Assembly: GCA_023228425.1 (NCBI GenBank)
Contig: JALOBE010000004.1
Location: 1,912-65,911 of the forward strand
Length of the DNA stretch: 64,000 nt
From: Syntrophales bacterium
GTDB lineage: Bacteria > Desulfobacterota > Syntrophia > Syntrophales > UBA2210
Reading direction: 5' to 3'
Part shown: positions 26,241 through 35,061 of the stretch, piece by piece
Layout: every line of letters starts with the position of its first letter
Position numbering within the stretch: the stretch's first letter is position 1
The notes under the pieces: generated by a model
Told to the model about the DNA's origin: nothing
Database searches by the model: none
Seen by the model: only the letters and a program-made list of their open reading frames with translations
Program-made: the position numbers and the translations under genes

Positions 26241-26777
26241 ATGCATATCATCATTGACGGGTACAACCTGATACGACAATCCGATTTTCTGAGAGAGGCC
26301 GAAAGGATCAGCCTCGAAGCGGGGCGGCATCTTCTGGTGACGGAGCTGGTGAAGTACAACAGGAAGAGGCGTCACAGGGTTACCGTCGTTTTTGACGGGT
26401 GGGAGGAGGGCTCCTTCCGCGAGGAGCACATGGATGAAGGAGGCGTTCATATCGTTTATTCCCGCCGCGGAGAACGGGCTGACGAGGTGATAAAACGCCT
26501 GTGCCGGCGGGCGGGAGGGTCGGAACTGGTGGTGGTCAGCTCCGACCGGGAGGTGGCGATGTACGCGGAGCGGTCCGGAGGCGTCTCTCTTTCGTCGCCG
26601 GAGTTTGAAGTAAGGCTCATGGACCCGGGTGACGAACCGCCGCTTCGTGATAACCATCACTTCGAGGGGGACGAGGAAGATCAGCGGGATGTGAGCCTGA
26701 CGACCAGGAAAAAGGGTCCTGCCCGCAGACTGTCGAAGCGGAAGCGTAAAACCATCCGGGCCGTCAGGAAGCTTTAG
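26241..26777 (+). CDS. NYN/YacP-like (PIN-related) RNA-binding or nuclease domain protein
   Basis: 178 aa. MHIIIDGYNLI..VTVVFDG...VVSSDRE is the typical YacP/NYN pattern. It has a basic C-terminal tail. Confidence 0.7.
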   Translation: MHIIIDGYNLIRQSDFLREAERISLEAGRHLLVTELVKYNRKRRHRVTVVFDGWEEGSFREEHMDEGGVHIVYSRRGERADEVIKRLCRRAGGSELVVVSSDREVAMYAERSGGVSLSSPEFEVRLMDPGDEPPLRDNHHFEGDEEDQRDVSLTTRKKGPARRLSKRKRKTIRAVRKL

Positions 26778-28146
26778 CCCGGCCTCGTTTCCCGCACAGG
26801 TCGAGAATCAGCCGCTCCATGAGAATACCCGCGTCGGTTCCGGTCGATTTCAGGGCAAGATCGGTGTCGATGAGCATATCGAGATACCGGAGGAGTTCGC
26901 TCCAGGAGAAACGGCCCGCCTGTCTCACGGTGTTGTAGATCACGTAGGGGTGTTGCCCCGTCAAGAGGGCGGAACCCTTTTTCTCCCGGCCCGTCCGTTT
27001 CAACAAAGCGGGAAGAACGGTATCCTGAAATTCCCGGTAGGCCGGCATCCGGCCGCCCAGGGAGACCGCTCCCGATTCTGACAGGAGGTGGACCTGCATC
27101 AGCAACCGCACGTCCCTGGCAAGCATGGCCAGCATCACCAGGGGATGCACACCCCGCTCCATGAGTCGTCTGAAGGCTTTCAGCGCCCGACCCCGGTCTC
27201 CTTCCACCACGGCTTCGGTCAGCTCAAATATCCGTTCCTCCCGGGTCCAGGCGATGGCTGACTCCACGTCGGTCCTGTCGATCCGGGAACCTTCGTCACC
27301 GATGTAGGTTATCAGCTTGTCGATTTCGCCGAAAACATCGCCGTAATCAAGACCCGTAAGCCCGCCCAGGAGCGCCATTGCTTCGGGCGTCAGGGTTTTC
27401 CCCCGGTCCGCGAGGTATTCCCTGGCTCTTCGGAAGACCTGGTTTTTCTGGGCGGCCTCACTCTTTTCACGGGGAAAGTGCAGAACAGTTCCTTTTTCCG
27501 AGAGTATCCTGAAAAGCTTTTTTCTCTTGTCCACGGCCGTGGCCGTGAGAATCAGCGTCACTCCGGCGGGAAGACCTTCGTCGATCAGCCGCTCCAGGCG
27601 CTCGACGTCCCCCGTCTGGAGGGTGTTCCTGGTATCCAGAGCGAGGCAGAGAGCGATAACCTTTGGAAGCACCGAAGCATAATCGTTCACGGAGCTGCCG
27701 GCGAAAAGACGATCCCACTCGTCGTCCGGAACCTTCCGCCATCCTCCGTCGCGCAGGTCTTCCAGGGTCCATCCCGTGGGTTCAAGAAGATTCATGAAGG
27801 CCCGTGCCGCTGCGGGAGCATTGTCCTCGAGGAGAGTGAGAAAATCTTCCGGGAGTGACGGCTTGGACGGTTTGGACGCAAAGAGCGTCGTGTCCTGAAT
27901 GACGATCACTTTTCTGCCCGGAACGAGGGGCACGGTGACAAGGGCCTCGCAGATACTGTCGACAGAAACGGCTTCACCTTCGAACCTGAAGCAGTTGAGG
28001 TCGTCGGCTCCTTCGGGCAGAAGCGCGTGTACGATGCGTCGGCGGGCTTCGACCAGGAGAAAGCGCTCCTCGCCGTAAAGGAGACAGGCGGAGAGTTCTC
28101 CTCCCCGTTTTATGGAGTCCAGGATAGGGTCAATCATTCCGCTCAT
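26764..28146 (-). CDS. holA: DNA polymerase III delta subunit
   Basis: ORF 26764..28188 trimmed to MSGMIDP. Contains LLYGEERFLL and the C-terminal delta-domain pattern. It is longer than usual because of an internal insertion. Confidence 0.7.
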   Translation of the reverse strand: MSGMIDPILDSIKRGGELSACLLYGEERFLLVEARRRIVHALLPEGADDLNCFRFEGEAVSVDSICEALVTVPLVPGRKVIVIQDTTLFASKPSKPSLPEDFLTLLEDNAPAAARAFMNLLEPTGWTLEDLRDGGWRKVPDDEWDRLFAGSSVNDYASVLPKVIALCLALDTRNTLQTGDVERLERLIDEGLPAGVTLILTATAVDKRKKLFRILSEKGTVLHFPREKSEAAQKNQVFRRAREYLADRGKTLTPEAMALLGGLTGLDYGDVFGEIDKLITYIGDEGSRIDRTDVESAIAWTREERIFELTEAVVEGDRGRALKAFRRLMERGVHPLVMLAMLARDVRLLMQVHLLSESGAVSLGGRMPAYREFQDTVLPALLKRTGREKKGSALLTGQHPYVIYNTVRQAGRFSWSELLRYLDMLIDTDLALKSTGTDAGILMERLILDLCGKRGRAKAS

Positions 28147-28213
28147 GAGCCTTTTCTTTCGGGACGGACGGGGGTATCCGGATTTCACTCCGACGGCCGC
28201 GCGGCGGAGACGA

Positions 28214-28867
28214 TCAGACGATAACGTATTTTTTGATTACCTTCACAACGTCGGCGGGATCGTCGATGACCTGGATCAGGTCGAAATCTTCCTTCAGAAT
28301 CTTGTCATCTTTCAGCATGTGCTCCTTCATCCATTCCAGGAGCCCTTCCCAGTAGCCGCTTCCCATGAGAATGACGGGGAAACTTTTGATCCGTTTTGTC
28401 TGAATAAGAGTGAGAGCTTCAAAAAGCTCATCCATGGTCCCGTATCCCCCGGGAAGTATGACATAGGCCACGGCATACTTGACCAGCATGACCTTGCGGA
28501 TGAAAAAATATTTGAAATCGAGTTCGATGTTGGCATAGGGGTTCGGTACCTGCTCAAAGGGGAGGCGAATGTTCAGTCCCACCGAAATGCCTCCGGCTTC
28601 GGCGGCACCTTTGTTGGCCGCTTCCATGATGCCCGGACCGCCGCCGGTGATGACGCTGAAGCCGCTTTTGACGAGCAGGCCGGCGAGCTTCTCCGCCGTC
28701 TGATAATATGTGTCATCGGGTCCGGTGCGGGCGGATCCGAAGATACTCACGGCCCGGGAGATGCCGGACAGCTCCTCGATGGCCTCGACGAACTCCGCCA
28801 TGATCCGAAACAGCCGCCACGATTCTTCGATGCTGATCGCGTCGACGACATATTGCTTCTCTATCAT
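28214..28867 (-). CDS. LOG family protein (TIGR00730-type Rossmann fold nucleotide-binding / phosphoribohydrolase)
   Basis: 217 aa with GGGPGIMEAANKGA and PGGYGTMDELFE motifs. Confidence 0.8.
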   Translation of the reverse strand: MIEKQYVVDAISIEESWRLFRIMAEFVEAIEELSGISRAVSIFGSARTGPDDTYYQTAEKLAGLLVKSGFSVITGGGPGIMEAANKGAAEAGGISVGLNIRLPFEQVPNPYANIELDFKYFFIRKVMLVKYAVAYVILPGGYGTMDELFEALTLIQTKRIKSFPVILMGSGYWEGLLEWMKEHMLKDDKILKEDFDLIQVIDDPADVVKVIKKYVIV

Positions 28868-28948
28868 GACCGCCTCCTCAGGATGGGGCGCTGCCCGCGC
28901 GTGACGGGGTATTCCTGTGTCCGGAGCCCGGAAAGGCTCTCACACAGT

Positions 28949-29140
28949 TCAGCGGCTTCGCCGTCTGGCTGCTTTCACCATTCTTCTGCGGGCCTCAAGG
29001 GCTTTTCTTTTTTTCTTTACCGAGGGCTTTTCATAGGCCCTCCGGAGTTTGAGTTCCTTGAAGAAACCGTTCTTGGACAGCTTGTTTTTCAGGATTTTCA
29101 AGGCCTTTTCAACGTCATTGTCGATTACGCGTACTTCCAA
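28949..29140 (-). CDS. rpsU: 30S ribosomal protein S21
   Basis: The (M)EVRVIDNDVEKALKILKNKLSKNGFFKELKLRRAYEKPS pattern. A TTG start was chosen because AAAGGAGG lies 6 nt upstream. The ORF-track version (to 29230) is over-extended. Confidence 0.8.
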   Translation of the reverse strand: MEVRVIDNDVEKALKILKNKLSKNGFFKELKLRRAYEKPSVKKKRKALEARRRMVKAARRRSR

Positions 29141-29457
29141 AGAGTATCCTCCTTTGTATGTGTTTGCCCCCGCGGGGCGGTTGTCGGCATCAGATACAAA
29201 AAAGGGGCAGAACGGCACACGCGTTCTCATGCGCCGTTTACCACCCCTGTTCTATAAACCCGTATCACTCTCCTTCGCTCGGGACAGCGCCCCTGTCGCT
29301 TACGGGCACTGCCCTTCCTCCGCTTCCGTGATTGACCCTTCCAGCGTTCTGCGGTCGATGCCGGGGGAGGACAATGTCTGAACTAGAAACCCCCTTTCGG
29401 GAAGAAAATTATATACACTATTTTTTCCCCCGGTACAACGAAAAAGTACTCGATCCG

Positions 29458-30279
29458 TTACAGGCGACCCTCTCGATTCCATCGCTCTGTCCGGTATTTA
29501 CCCTCAAGAAGCTCCTGCTTCAATGATTCTTCGGTCGGTGTCAGCGCACCCGGCCGGAGCCTGATCTCCATGCGTTCCTCAAAACTTTCCCTGATGCAGC
29601 GGGCAAGGATTTCTTCTCCCGCGAAACGGCCTTCCTGCCGTCGAACGGACGTTACGGCCCGGTTCAGGTAATCGATCCACTCGTGTTCGTCGGGAGAGTT
29701 CTTCGACAGCACCCGCATGGTCATGGAGGGATCGAAATCAATCAGGATCGAACCGTGCTGAAGGAAACAGTCGTGAGCCCGTAACTGGGCGCTTCCGCAT
29801 ATCTTTGCCCCATGCACCAGGAGTTCATTGCGGAAAGGGACGGCAAAGCAACAACTTTTCAGGGGGTCCGTCCGTGAAGGATGCCGTCTCTCGGCCAGGC
29901 CGGCCCTGATGCCGATCTTTTCAAGGCCCCCGATAAGGCAGTCGGCAATTACCCGGTACGTTGTCACCACATCCGTCGTGAAGGGCGGCCATGACTGGGC
30001 GGCCACCACGGCGTAGGTGAGGTCCGCTTCATGGTAGACGGCCTTGCCTCCTGTGGGTCTCCGGACGATGTCGATGTCGTGCTCCAGGCAGAAGGGACGG
30101 TTGACGTCACTGTCGATGTCCTGCCCGTAGCCGATGGTGACCACCGGACGCCGCCATTGGTACAATCGCAGCGTCGGGGGACCTCCCCTGAGGATGGTTT
30201 CCCTGAGGACCGCCTCGTCAACGGCCATGTTCTCGCTGCCGTCAAGTTCTTCCAGGGGCAGCAATCTCCAGGACTCCAC
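29458..30279 (-). CDS. Lipoate-protein ligase / octanoyltransferase family protein (LplA/LipM/LipL-like)
   Basis: BPL/LplA catalytic-domain pattern (ENMAVDEAVL, RRPTGGKAVYHEADLTY, HGAKICGSAQ). A GTG start at 30279 follows the gcvH TAA and has GGAGGAG upstream. Confidence 0.7.
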   Translation of the reverse strand: MESWRLLPLEELDGSENMAVDEAVLRETILRGGPPTLRLYQWRRPVVTIGYGQDIDSDVNRPFCLEHDIDIVRRPTGGKAVYHEADLTYAVVAAQSWPPFTTDVVTTYRVIADCLIGGLEKIGIRAGLAERRHPSRTDPLKSCCFAVPFRNELLVHGAKICGSAQLRAHDCFLQHGSILIDFDPSMTMRVLSKNSPDEHEWIDYLNRAVTSVRRQEGRFAGEEILARCIRESFEERMEIRLRPGALTPTEESLKQELLEGKYRTERWNREGRL

Positions 30280-30286
30280 CGGCCGT

Positions 30287-30682
30287 TTATCTCCTCCCCA
30301 GGGCCTGGTCGACCAGCTCCTCGTAATCGTCGGCGTCAAGGAGGCTGTCAAGTTCACCGAGATCATCGATTTCAACAGAGATCAGCCATCCCGCGTCATA
30401 GACGTCACATTCCAGAACGCCCACATCGTCGAAGATATCTTCGTTGATGCCGATAATGTCGCCCGAAACGGGAGAAATCAGTTCTGCCGTCGTCTTGTCT
30501 GTCTCGATGACCCCGAAGGGTTCACCCTGCTTCACAGGCGAATCCACTGGATGAAGGTCGATGGAGAGGATTTCACCCAGACTTTCCTGAGCGAAATCGG
30601 TGATTCCGATGGTGACGATGGTGTCATCAACCCGAGCCCAGGTGTGATCCCGCGAGTACAGCAGATCGTCGGGATATGACAT
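30287..30682 (-). CDS. gcvH: Glycine cleavage system H protein (lipoyl carrier)
   Basis: 131 aa with YSRDHTWARVDD.. and the lipoyl-lysine context GVIETDKTTAELISPVSG. Confidence 0.85.
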   Translation of the reverse strand: MSYPDDLLYSRDHTWARVDDTIVTIGITDFAQESLGEILSIDLHPVDSPVKQGEPFGVIETDKTTAELISPVSGDIIGINEDIFDDVGVLECDVYDAGWLISVEIDDLGELDSLLDADDYEELVDQALGRR

Positions 30683-30750
30683 GCACTACCTCCTTGAAAA
30701 CATCGGCGCTGAAAGCGGCCGGTCACCGGGACGGTTTGCCGTCCCCTTAT

Positions 30751-31881
30751 CTACAGTATCAAAAGGTCCTTGGACATTTCGGTGATGCACTCACATCCGT
30801 CGGCGGTGACCAGGACCATGTCCTCGATTCGCACCCCGCAGACCCCGGGAATATAGATGCCTGGTTCAACAGTTACAACCATGCCTTCTTCGAGCCGCTG
30901 GTCGCTCGCGGCGGACAGCCGTGGAGCCTCGTGAACATCCAGGCCGATGCCGTGACCGGTGGCATGAACAAAATATCTGCCGAACCCGGCGTCGTCGATG
31001 TACGCGCGCGCCCGGGCATCGATGTCTTTACATAACACGCCGGGTTTGACGGCTTCAACGGCCCTGTCATGAGCTGACCGGACTGTATCATAGATTCTGC
31101 GCCGGTCATCGGTGACGAAGCCCAGGGCAATGGTGCAGGTTTCATCGGAGTGATAGCCTTCGTATATGGCCCCGTAATCGATGACGATGAAGTCCCCCGC
31201 TTCCATGCGACGCGAACCGGGACGCGCGTGGGGAAGCGCGCCGTTCGGTCCGGAGGCGACGATGGTGTCGAAGGAGGGCTTCTCGCTTCCTTCCATGACC
31301 AGATTCCAGTCCAGCAGGGCTGCGCACTCCCGTTCCTGCATGCCGGGCCTGATTGATTCGATCGTTTTCGTGAGGGCTCGGGCGGCCATGGCGGCGGCCG
31401 TCTTCAAACGCCCGATTTCTCCGGCATCCTTGCGGGATCTCATGCTATCGACGGTTCCGGAAAAAGAAACCAGCTCGATGCCGTCGGGTAATCCCCGGCT
31501 GAGTGCGAGGTACCGTTCATGGGTGAGGGCCGAAGCTTCAAAGCCGAGTTTTGAGATGGTTTCCCGGGACAGAAACTCCACAAGACCGCCCATCATATCT
31601 GTAACCTCTCTGATGTCGACTCCCGTCGTTTCCCGGCCCGCCTGAACCGTGTACCTGCCGTCCACCAGCAGGGTCATACCGTCCCCATGGGCCAGGAGAA
31701 GCCCCTCACTGCCTGAAAACCCGCAGAAATAGCGGATGTTCAAAAGATTTGTCAAGAGCATTCCGTCGATGGATTCGGCGTCCATGAAGGATCGAAGCCG
31801 TGCCGTACGATTCCTGTTCTCCAGGCGGGAAAGCCACCGTGAAAGTTCGCTGATGACACGGGCAGGCTGTTCTTCGGTCAT
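30751..31881 (-). CDS. pepP: Xaa-Pro aminopeptidase (M24B family)
   Basis: ORF trimmed to MTEEQPA. M24 metal-ligand pattern: DYGAIYEGYHSD, HATGHGIGLDVHE, VEPGIY. Confidence 0.8.
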   Translation of the reverse strand: MTEEQPARVISELSRWLSRLENRNRTARLRSFMDAESIDGMLLTNLLNIRYFCGFSGSEGLLLAHGDGMTLLVDGRYTVQAGRETTGVDIREVTDMMGGLVEFLSRETISKLGFEASALTHERYLALSRGLPDGIELVSFSGTVDSMRSRKDAGEIGRLKTAAAMAARALTKTIESIRPGMQERECAALLDWNLVMEGSEKPSFDTIVASGPNGALPHARPGSRRMEAGDFIVIDYGAIYEGYHSDETCTIALGFVTDDRRRIYDTVRSAHDRAVEAVKPGVLCKDIDARARAYIDDAGFGRYFVHATGHGIGLDVHEAPRLSAASDQRLEEGMVVTVEPGIYIPGVCGVRIEDMVLVTADGCECITEMSKDLLIL

Positions 31882-32048
31882 GGGAAAATCTCCCCGGAAA
31901 TTTCTCGCGGGCCGCTCCGTGGTCGGGAACACTCGCTTGTTGGTACGCCGGACGGAAAAACATTGACTCTGTTCCTGTCCTGATGCTACGTTTCTGAAAC
32001 TTTAAAACTATTTTTTCACATCTTTCAACAAGAAAGTACCGAGCCGGA

Positions 32049-32672
32049 TTGAATATTCGACTGTTGAAATATTTTTTTATTACGGCGCTCCTGCTGTCGA
32101 ACATCCTGGCAACGAAGATAATCAACGTGGGCGGGCTTTTGCTGCCGGCCGCCATCATTCTCTACCCCCTGACGTTCCTCGTGACCGACGTGGTGGGGGA
32201 GGTGCAGGGGAAGAAGAGTGCTCAAAGCCTGGTCATGGCCGGCTTTTACATGTCGTTCTTTATGGTGCTGGCTCTTTGTATCGCCCGATGGCTTCCGGCG
32301 GCACCCTTCTGGGATCACGGGGAAGCCTGGGACGCCATCCTTGGGGCGACGCCGCGGATCGTCATGGCCTCCATGATCGCCTATCTGGTGTCCCAGACAC
32401 ATGACGTCTGGGCGTTCCACTGGTGGCGGGACAAAACGGAAGGCAGGCATCTGTGGCTGAGAAACACGGCGTCCACCGTGCTGTCCCAGGGGATCGACAC
32501 GGTCCTCTTCATCACTATTGCCTTCGGCGGTCTCTATGCCTGGGCGGATATCGCCACCATGGTCGGGAGCCAGTACCTGGTCAAGGTGGTCATCGCCGTT
32601 CTGGACACGCCGCTGTGCTATTTGCTTGTGAGGTATTATGGAAACACTGGAGAACACATTCAAGGATCGTGA
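32049..32672 (+). CDS. yhhQ: Queuosine-precursor transporter (YhhQ/VUT family)
   Basis: 207 aa, polytopic, with LYPLTFLVTDVVGE typical of YhhQ/DUF165. Has a TTG start in the ORF track. Confidence 0.75.
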   Translation: MNIRLLKYFFITALLLSNILATKIINVGGLLLPAAIILYPLTFLVTDVVGEVQGKKSAQSLVMAGFYMSFFMVLALCIARWLPAAPFWDHGEAWDAILGATPRIVMASMIAYLVSQTHDVWAFHWWRDKTEGRHLWLRNTASTVLSQGIDTVLFITIAFGGLYAWADIATMVGSQYLVKVVIAVLDTPLCYLLVRYYGNTGEHIQGS

Positions 32673-32964
32673 CTACGAGGTTACCATGAGGTTCCCCGAG
32701 TTTACCTGCCTTTGTCCCATGACGTCCCAGCCGGACTTCGCCGAGATGGTCATCGAGTATGTGCCCGCCGACCGCCTTGTGGAGCTGAAATCCCTGAAAT
32801 TCTATCTCAATGCCTACCGCGACAGGGGAATCTTCCATGAGGAAGCCGTCAACCGGATCATGCGGGATTTCGTCGAGGCCGTTGAGCCGAAACGGGCGGT
32901 CATCACGGGAACCTTCAACGTCAGGGGGGGAATCTACACTACGGTAAGGGTGGCCTATCCCTGA
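32638..32964 (+). CDS. queF: NADPH-dependent 7-cyano-7-deazaguanine reductase (short type I)
   Basis: 108 aa with EFTCLCPMTSQPDFA and ESKSLKFYL-like (ELKSLKFYLNAYR) QueF motifs. Confidence 0.85.
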   Translation: METLENTFKDRDYEVTMRFPEFTCLCPMTSQPDFAEMVIEYVPADRLVELKSLKFYLNAYRDRGIFHEEAVNRIMRDFVEAVEPKRAVITGTFNVRGGIYTTVRVAYP

Positions 32965-33213
32965 AGAACTCGTACAACGGCGAAAACATCCGATGTAAAA
33001 CGGCTTCGTAAAATGGTGCCGGAGGCATGTCTCCGGCACGAGAACCGGATGCTTGATTGCGCTCTTTCCTTCATCACTGCGGCGTAGAGCACAGTACGCC
33101 TCATTCCTTAAGGATGTGCGCGCCGTACCGCAGGGAGCTTTTTACAAAGCCGTCATTGTTTGCGAGTGTTCCGCTCCGGCTTGCGTTCACACGTCAAGAA
33201 CGTCCCCATAGTC

Positions 33214-33246
33214 AAAAAAACGGGAACGGATGATTATCCGTTCCCG
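33214..33246 (-). terminator. Rho-independent terminator downstream of pilA
   Basis: On the minus strand: CGGGAACGGA-taatca-TCCGTTCCCG (10-bp stem) followed by TTTTTTT. Confidence 0.7.
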
Positions 33247-33338
33247 CGTGCTTTTCCCGGTCGAGGGATGTTTTCAACTGCTTACGTCAATACGTCCAGG
33301 ACATCCCCCGTTGATTGCTCATTCCCCGGTCAGCTTCC

Positions 33339-33725
33339 TCACTCCTGATTGTGTGAAACCGTTCCGGCTTCGTCAAGCGTATACATCCTTTCTGAGCCTG
33401 TATGCTGGGCTGTGATTTCAAGGTCGTTTAATGTACCCGCACATGTCGTCGTAACGGACGCTGTAGGAACGAAACCATACTCGGCAGTTGAAATGTCTGC
33501 AATGTCGTCAATTTCTCCGCCCGGGTTATCGCTGAAAAAGGCTTGGGAAGCCGTATAGGCGTTCTTCGCCGACGTGAGGGCCGACGCGTTAAAGCCCCTC
33601 ACCCGGTACGCATTGAACTGCGGGATTGCGATTGCCGCGAGAATGCCGATGATGGCGATGACGATCATCAGCTCGATCAGGGTAAAACCCTTCTGACTTG
33701 TTTTCTTGTTGACTGCTTGCATCAT
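33339..33725 (-). CDS. pilA: Type IV major pilin
   Basis: 128 aa with a prepilin leader and [26 protein letters not shown]. Confidence 0.9.
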   Translation of the reverse strand: MMQAVNKKTSQKGFTLIELMIVIAIIGILAAIAIPQFNAYRVRGFNASALTSAKNAYTASQAFFSDNPGGEIDDIADISTAEYGFVPTASVTTTCAGTLNDLEITAQHTGSERMYTLDEAGTVSHNQE

Positions 33726-33801
33726 GATGTTTTCCTCCTCGTTTGTTTTCTTTTTGTGATTGGGGGAGGGAATATCCCCGCTTCGCTACGGTACGGAAAG
33801 A

Positions 33802-33816
33802 GCAATTGTTGTGCCT
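33802..33816 (-). promoter_or_regulatory. Sigma-54 (-24/-12) promoter for pilA
   Basis: The minus strand reads aGGCACaacaaTTGCt (GG-N10-GC spacing), 77 nt upstream of the pilA ATG. Confidence 0.55.
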
Positions 33817-33923
33817 GTCGTCGATGGTTCCGGGCCGTCCTCACGGCAACGCCAGCAATACCAATGGGATAGAGGGGTGTGAAATCGGCACACCCCTCCA
33901 CAATGCCACCATGGAGGAGCCCC

Positions 33924-33966
33924 GATCCGTGATTTTTACGGATCGTACCCGTGATTTTCACGGATC
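33924..33966. promoter_or_regulatory. Tandem dyad repeats, candidate enhancer-binding-protein (PilR-type) sites
   Basis: CCGTGATTTTTACGGATC (33927-33944) and CCGTGATTTTCACGGATC (33949-33966) differ by 1 nt. Their start-to-start spacing is 22 nt, and each has an internal dyad. They lie about 110-150 nt upstream of the sigma-54 element. Confidence 0.4.
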
Positions 33967-34031
33967 ACGAGGGGGTTGTTCCTTTCGTATGCTCCTGTGA
34001 ATACTTTCACTCTTTGCCCCTTCCGGATGTC

Positions 34032-34060
34032 TTGCCTTGCTGATTTGATTCAACTATACT
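34032..34060 (+). promoter_or_regulatory. Candidate sigma-70 promoter for the minor-pilin operon
   Basis: TTGCCT, a 17-nt spacer, then TATACT, about 90 nt upstream of the first minor-pilin gene. Confidence 0.3.
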
Positions 34061-34148
34061 GACGTCAAAAAGGCTTACCCGGGTGTTGCGCGCCGGCTTC
34101 CCGTCGATACCCGGTGCGGTTTATGCTTCTTGACTGCAGGTGTGTGAT

Positions 34149-34637
34149 ATGGCGATACGAAGCGGCACAACAAACGAACAGTCCGGAACCGGAGGCTTCA
34201 CGCTGATCGAGCTTCTTATTGTCATAGCCATCATGGGGATTATTGGAGGGATGGTGGTCTTCTCCTGGCAGCAGTACGTGCGTAACGTGAACCTCAAGAC
34301 AGCGGGCGGGTCGTTGATGGCCGATATTTCTTTGAGCAGGCAGAGGGCCGTGGCGGAGGGGGTAAAATATTGCATGCAATTCGAGGAGGGATCCTCGACA
34401 TATACCATCAACACCCCGTCCTGTGACGCTCCTGATCCAGCGGTGCAACGCGATCTGGCTTCAATTGACAGTGGATTGTCGGTGTCCACCACCACCTTTA
34501 ATTCGGACCGTATCTATTTTCAACCTCGCGGAACGGTGAGTCCGGGTACGATTACCGTTAGGAACAGCCGCGATTCCAAGGCAACCATAACCATAAATAT
34601 TACCGGAAGATCTCATGTGTTGTATTCCACGAAATAA
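34149..34637 (+). CDS. GspH/FimT-like minor pilin
   Basis: Prepilin-type N-terminus GGFTLIELLIVIAIMGIIGG. It is the first gene of the fimT-pilVWXY1-like operon. An ATG was chosen over the upstream GTG. Confidence 0.75.
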   Translation: MAIRSGTTNEQSGTGGFTLIELLIVIAIMGIIGGMVVFSWQQYVRNVNLKTAGGSLMADISLSRQRAVAEGVKYCMQFEEGSSTYTINTPSCDAPDPAVQRDLASIDSGLSVSTTTFNSDRIYFQPRGTVSPGTITVRNSRDSKATITINITGRSHVLYSTK

Positions 34638-35061
34638 CAGGGGTCTGGGATTGCTGGAGGTGGTGATTGCCATTTTCATCGCCACGGTAGCCGTCATGGC
34701 CATCCTGGGACTGCAGCCGGCTGCCTGGAAAACGTCGGCACGGGCCGATTACATGGGGAGAGCGGCGGGTATTCTCCACCAGGAACTTCAGCGCCGGGAG
34801 CTCTGGATTATGAACCCCTGCAACGCGGTTACTCCGGGTACGACCCCGGCAGCGGTTCCGGTGAGCGGTCATACCACGGTCCTGCCGGGTGATACGGGTG
34901 ATATGACTTTTAACGTAACCACCACAATTTCAAGCCTTGGAACGAAAATCTGGCGCGTCACGGTTACCGTCGCCTGGCCTGGTCACGATGGGATATCGGA
35001 GAGCATAATGGTTACAAGGCAGGAAAGTTTTCGATTTCCTTCGGGGTGTTCGGACCAATGA
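34615..35061 (+). CDS. pilV: PilV-like minor pilin
   Basis: 148 aa with the N-terminal RGLGLLEVVIAIFIATVAVMAIL methylation-motif helix. Confidence 0.65.
   Translation: MCCIPRNNRGLGLLEVVIAIFIATVAVMAILGLQPAAWKTSARADYMGRAAGILHQELQRRELWIMNPCNAVTPGTTPAAVPVSGHTTVLPGDTGDMTFNVTTTISSLGTKIWRVTVTVAWPGHDGISESIMVTRQESFRFPSGCSDQ

Noticed and set aside
31933-32048. A preQ1 riboswitch upstream of yhhQ-queF, prompted by the cuuuAAAACUAuuuu tail.
   Set aside because: I could not form the required 5-bp P1 hairpin with the conserved loop immediately upstream of the A-rich tail. Only a GUUUC/GAAAC pairing with a 1-nt loop is available.
33016-33039. The perfect 9-bp hairpin GTGCCGGAG-gcatgt-CTCCGGCAC after queF, considered as an intrinsic terminator.
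   Set aside because: It has no U-tract on the plus strand and only a partial one (cauuuuac) on the minus strand. It may still be a processing or pause hairpin, but it is not confidently a terminator.
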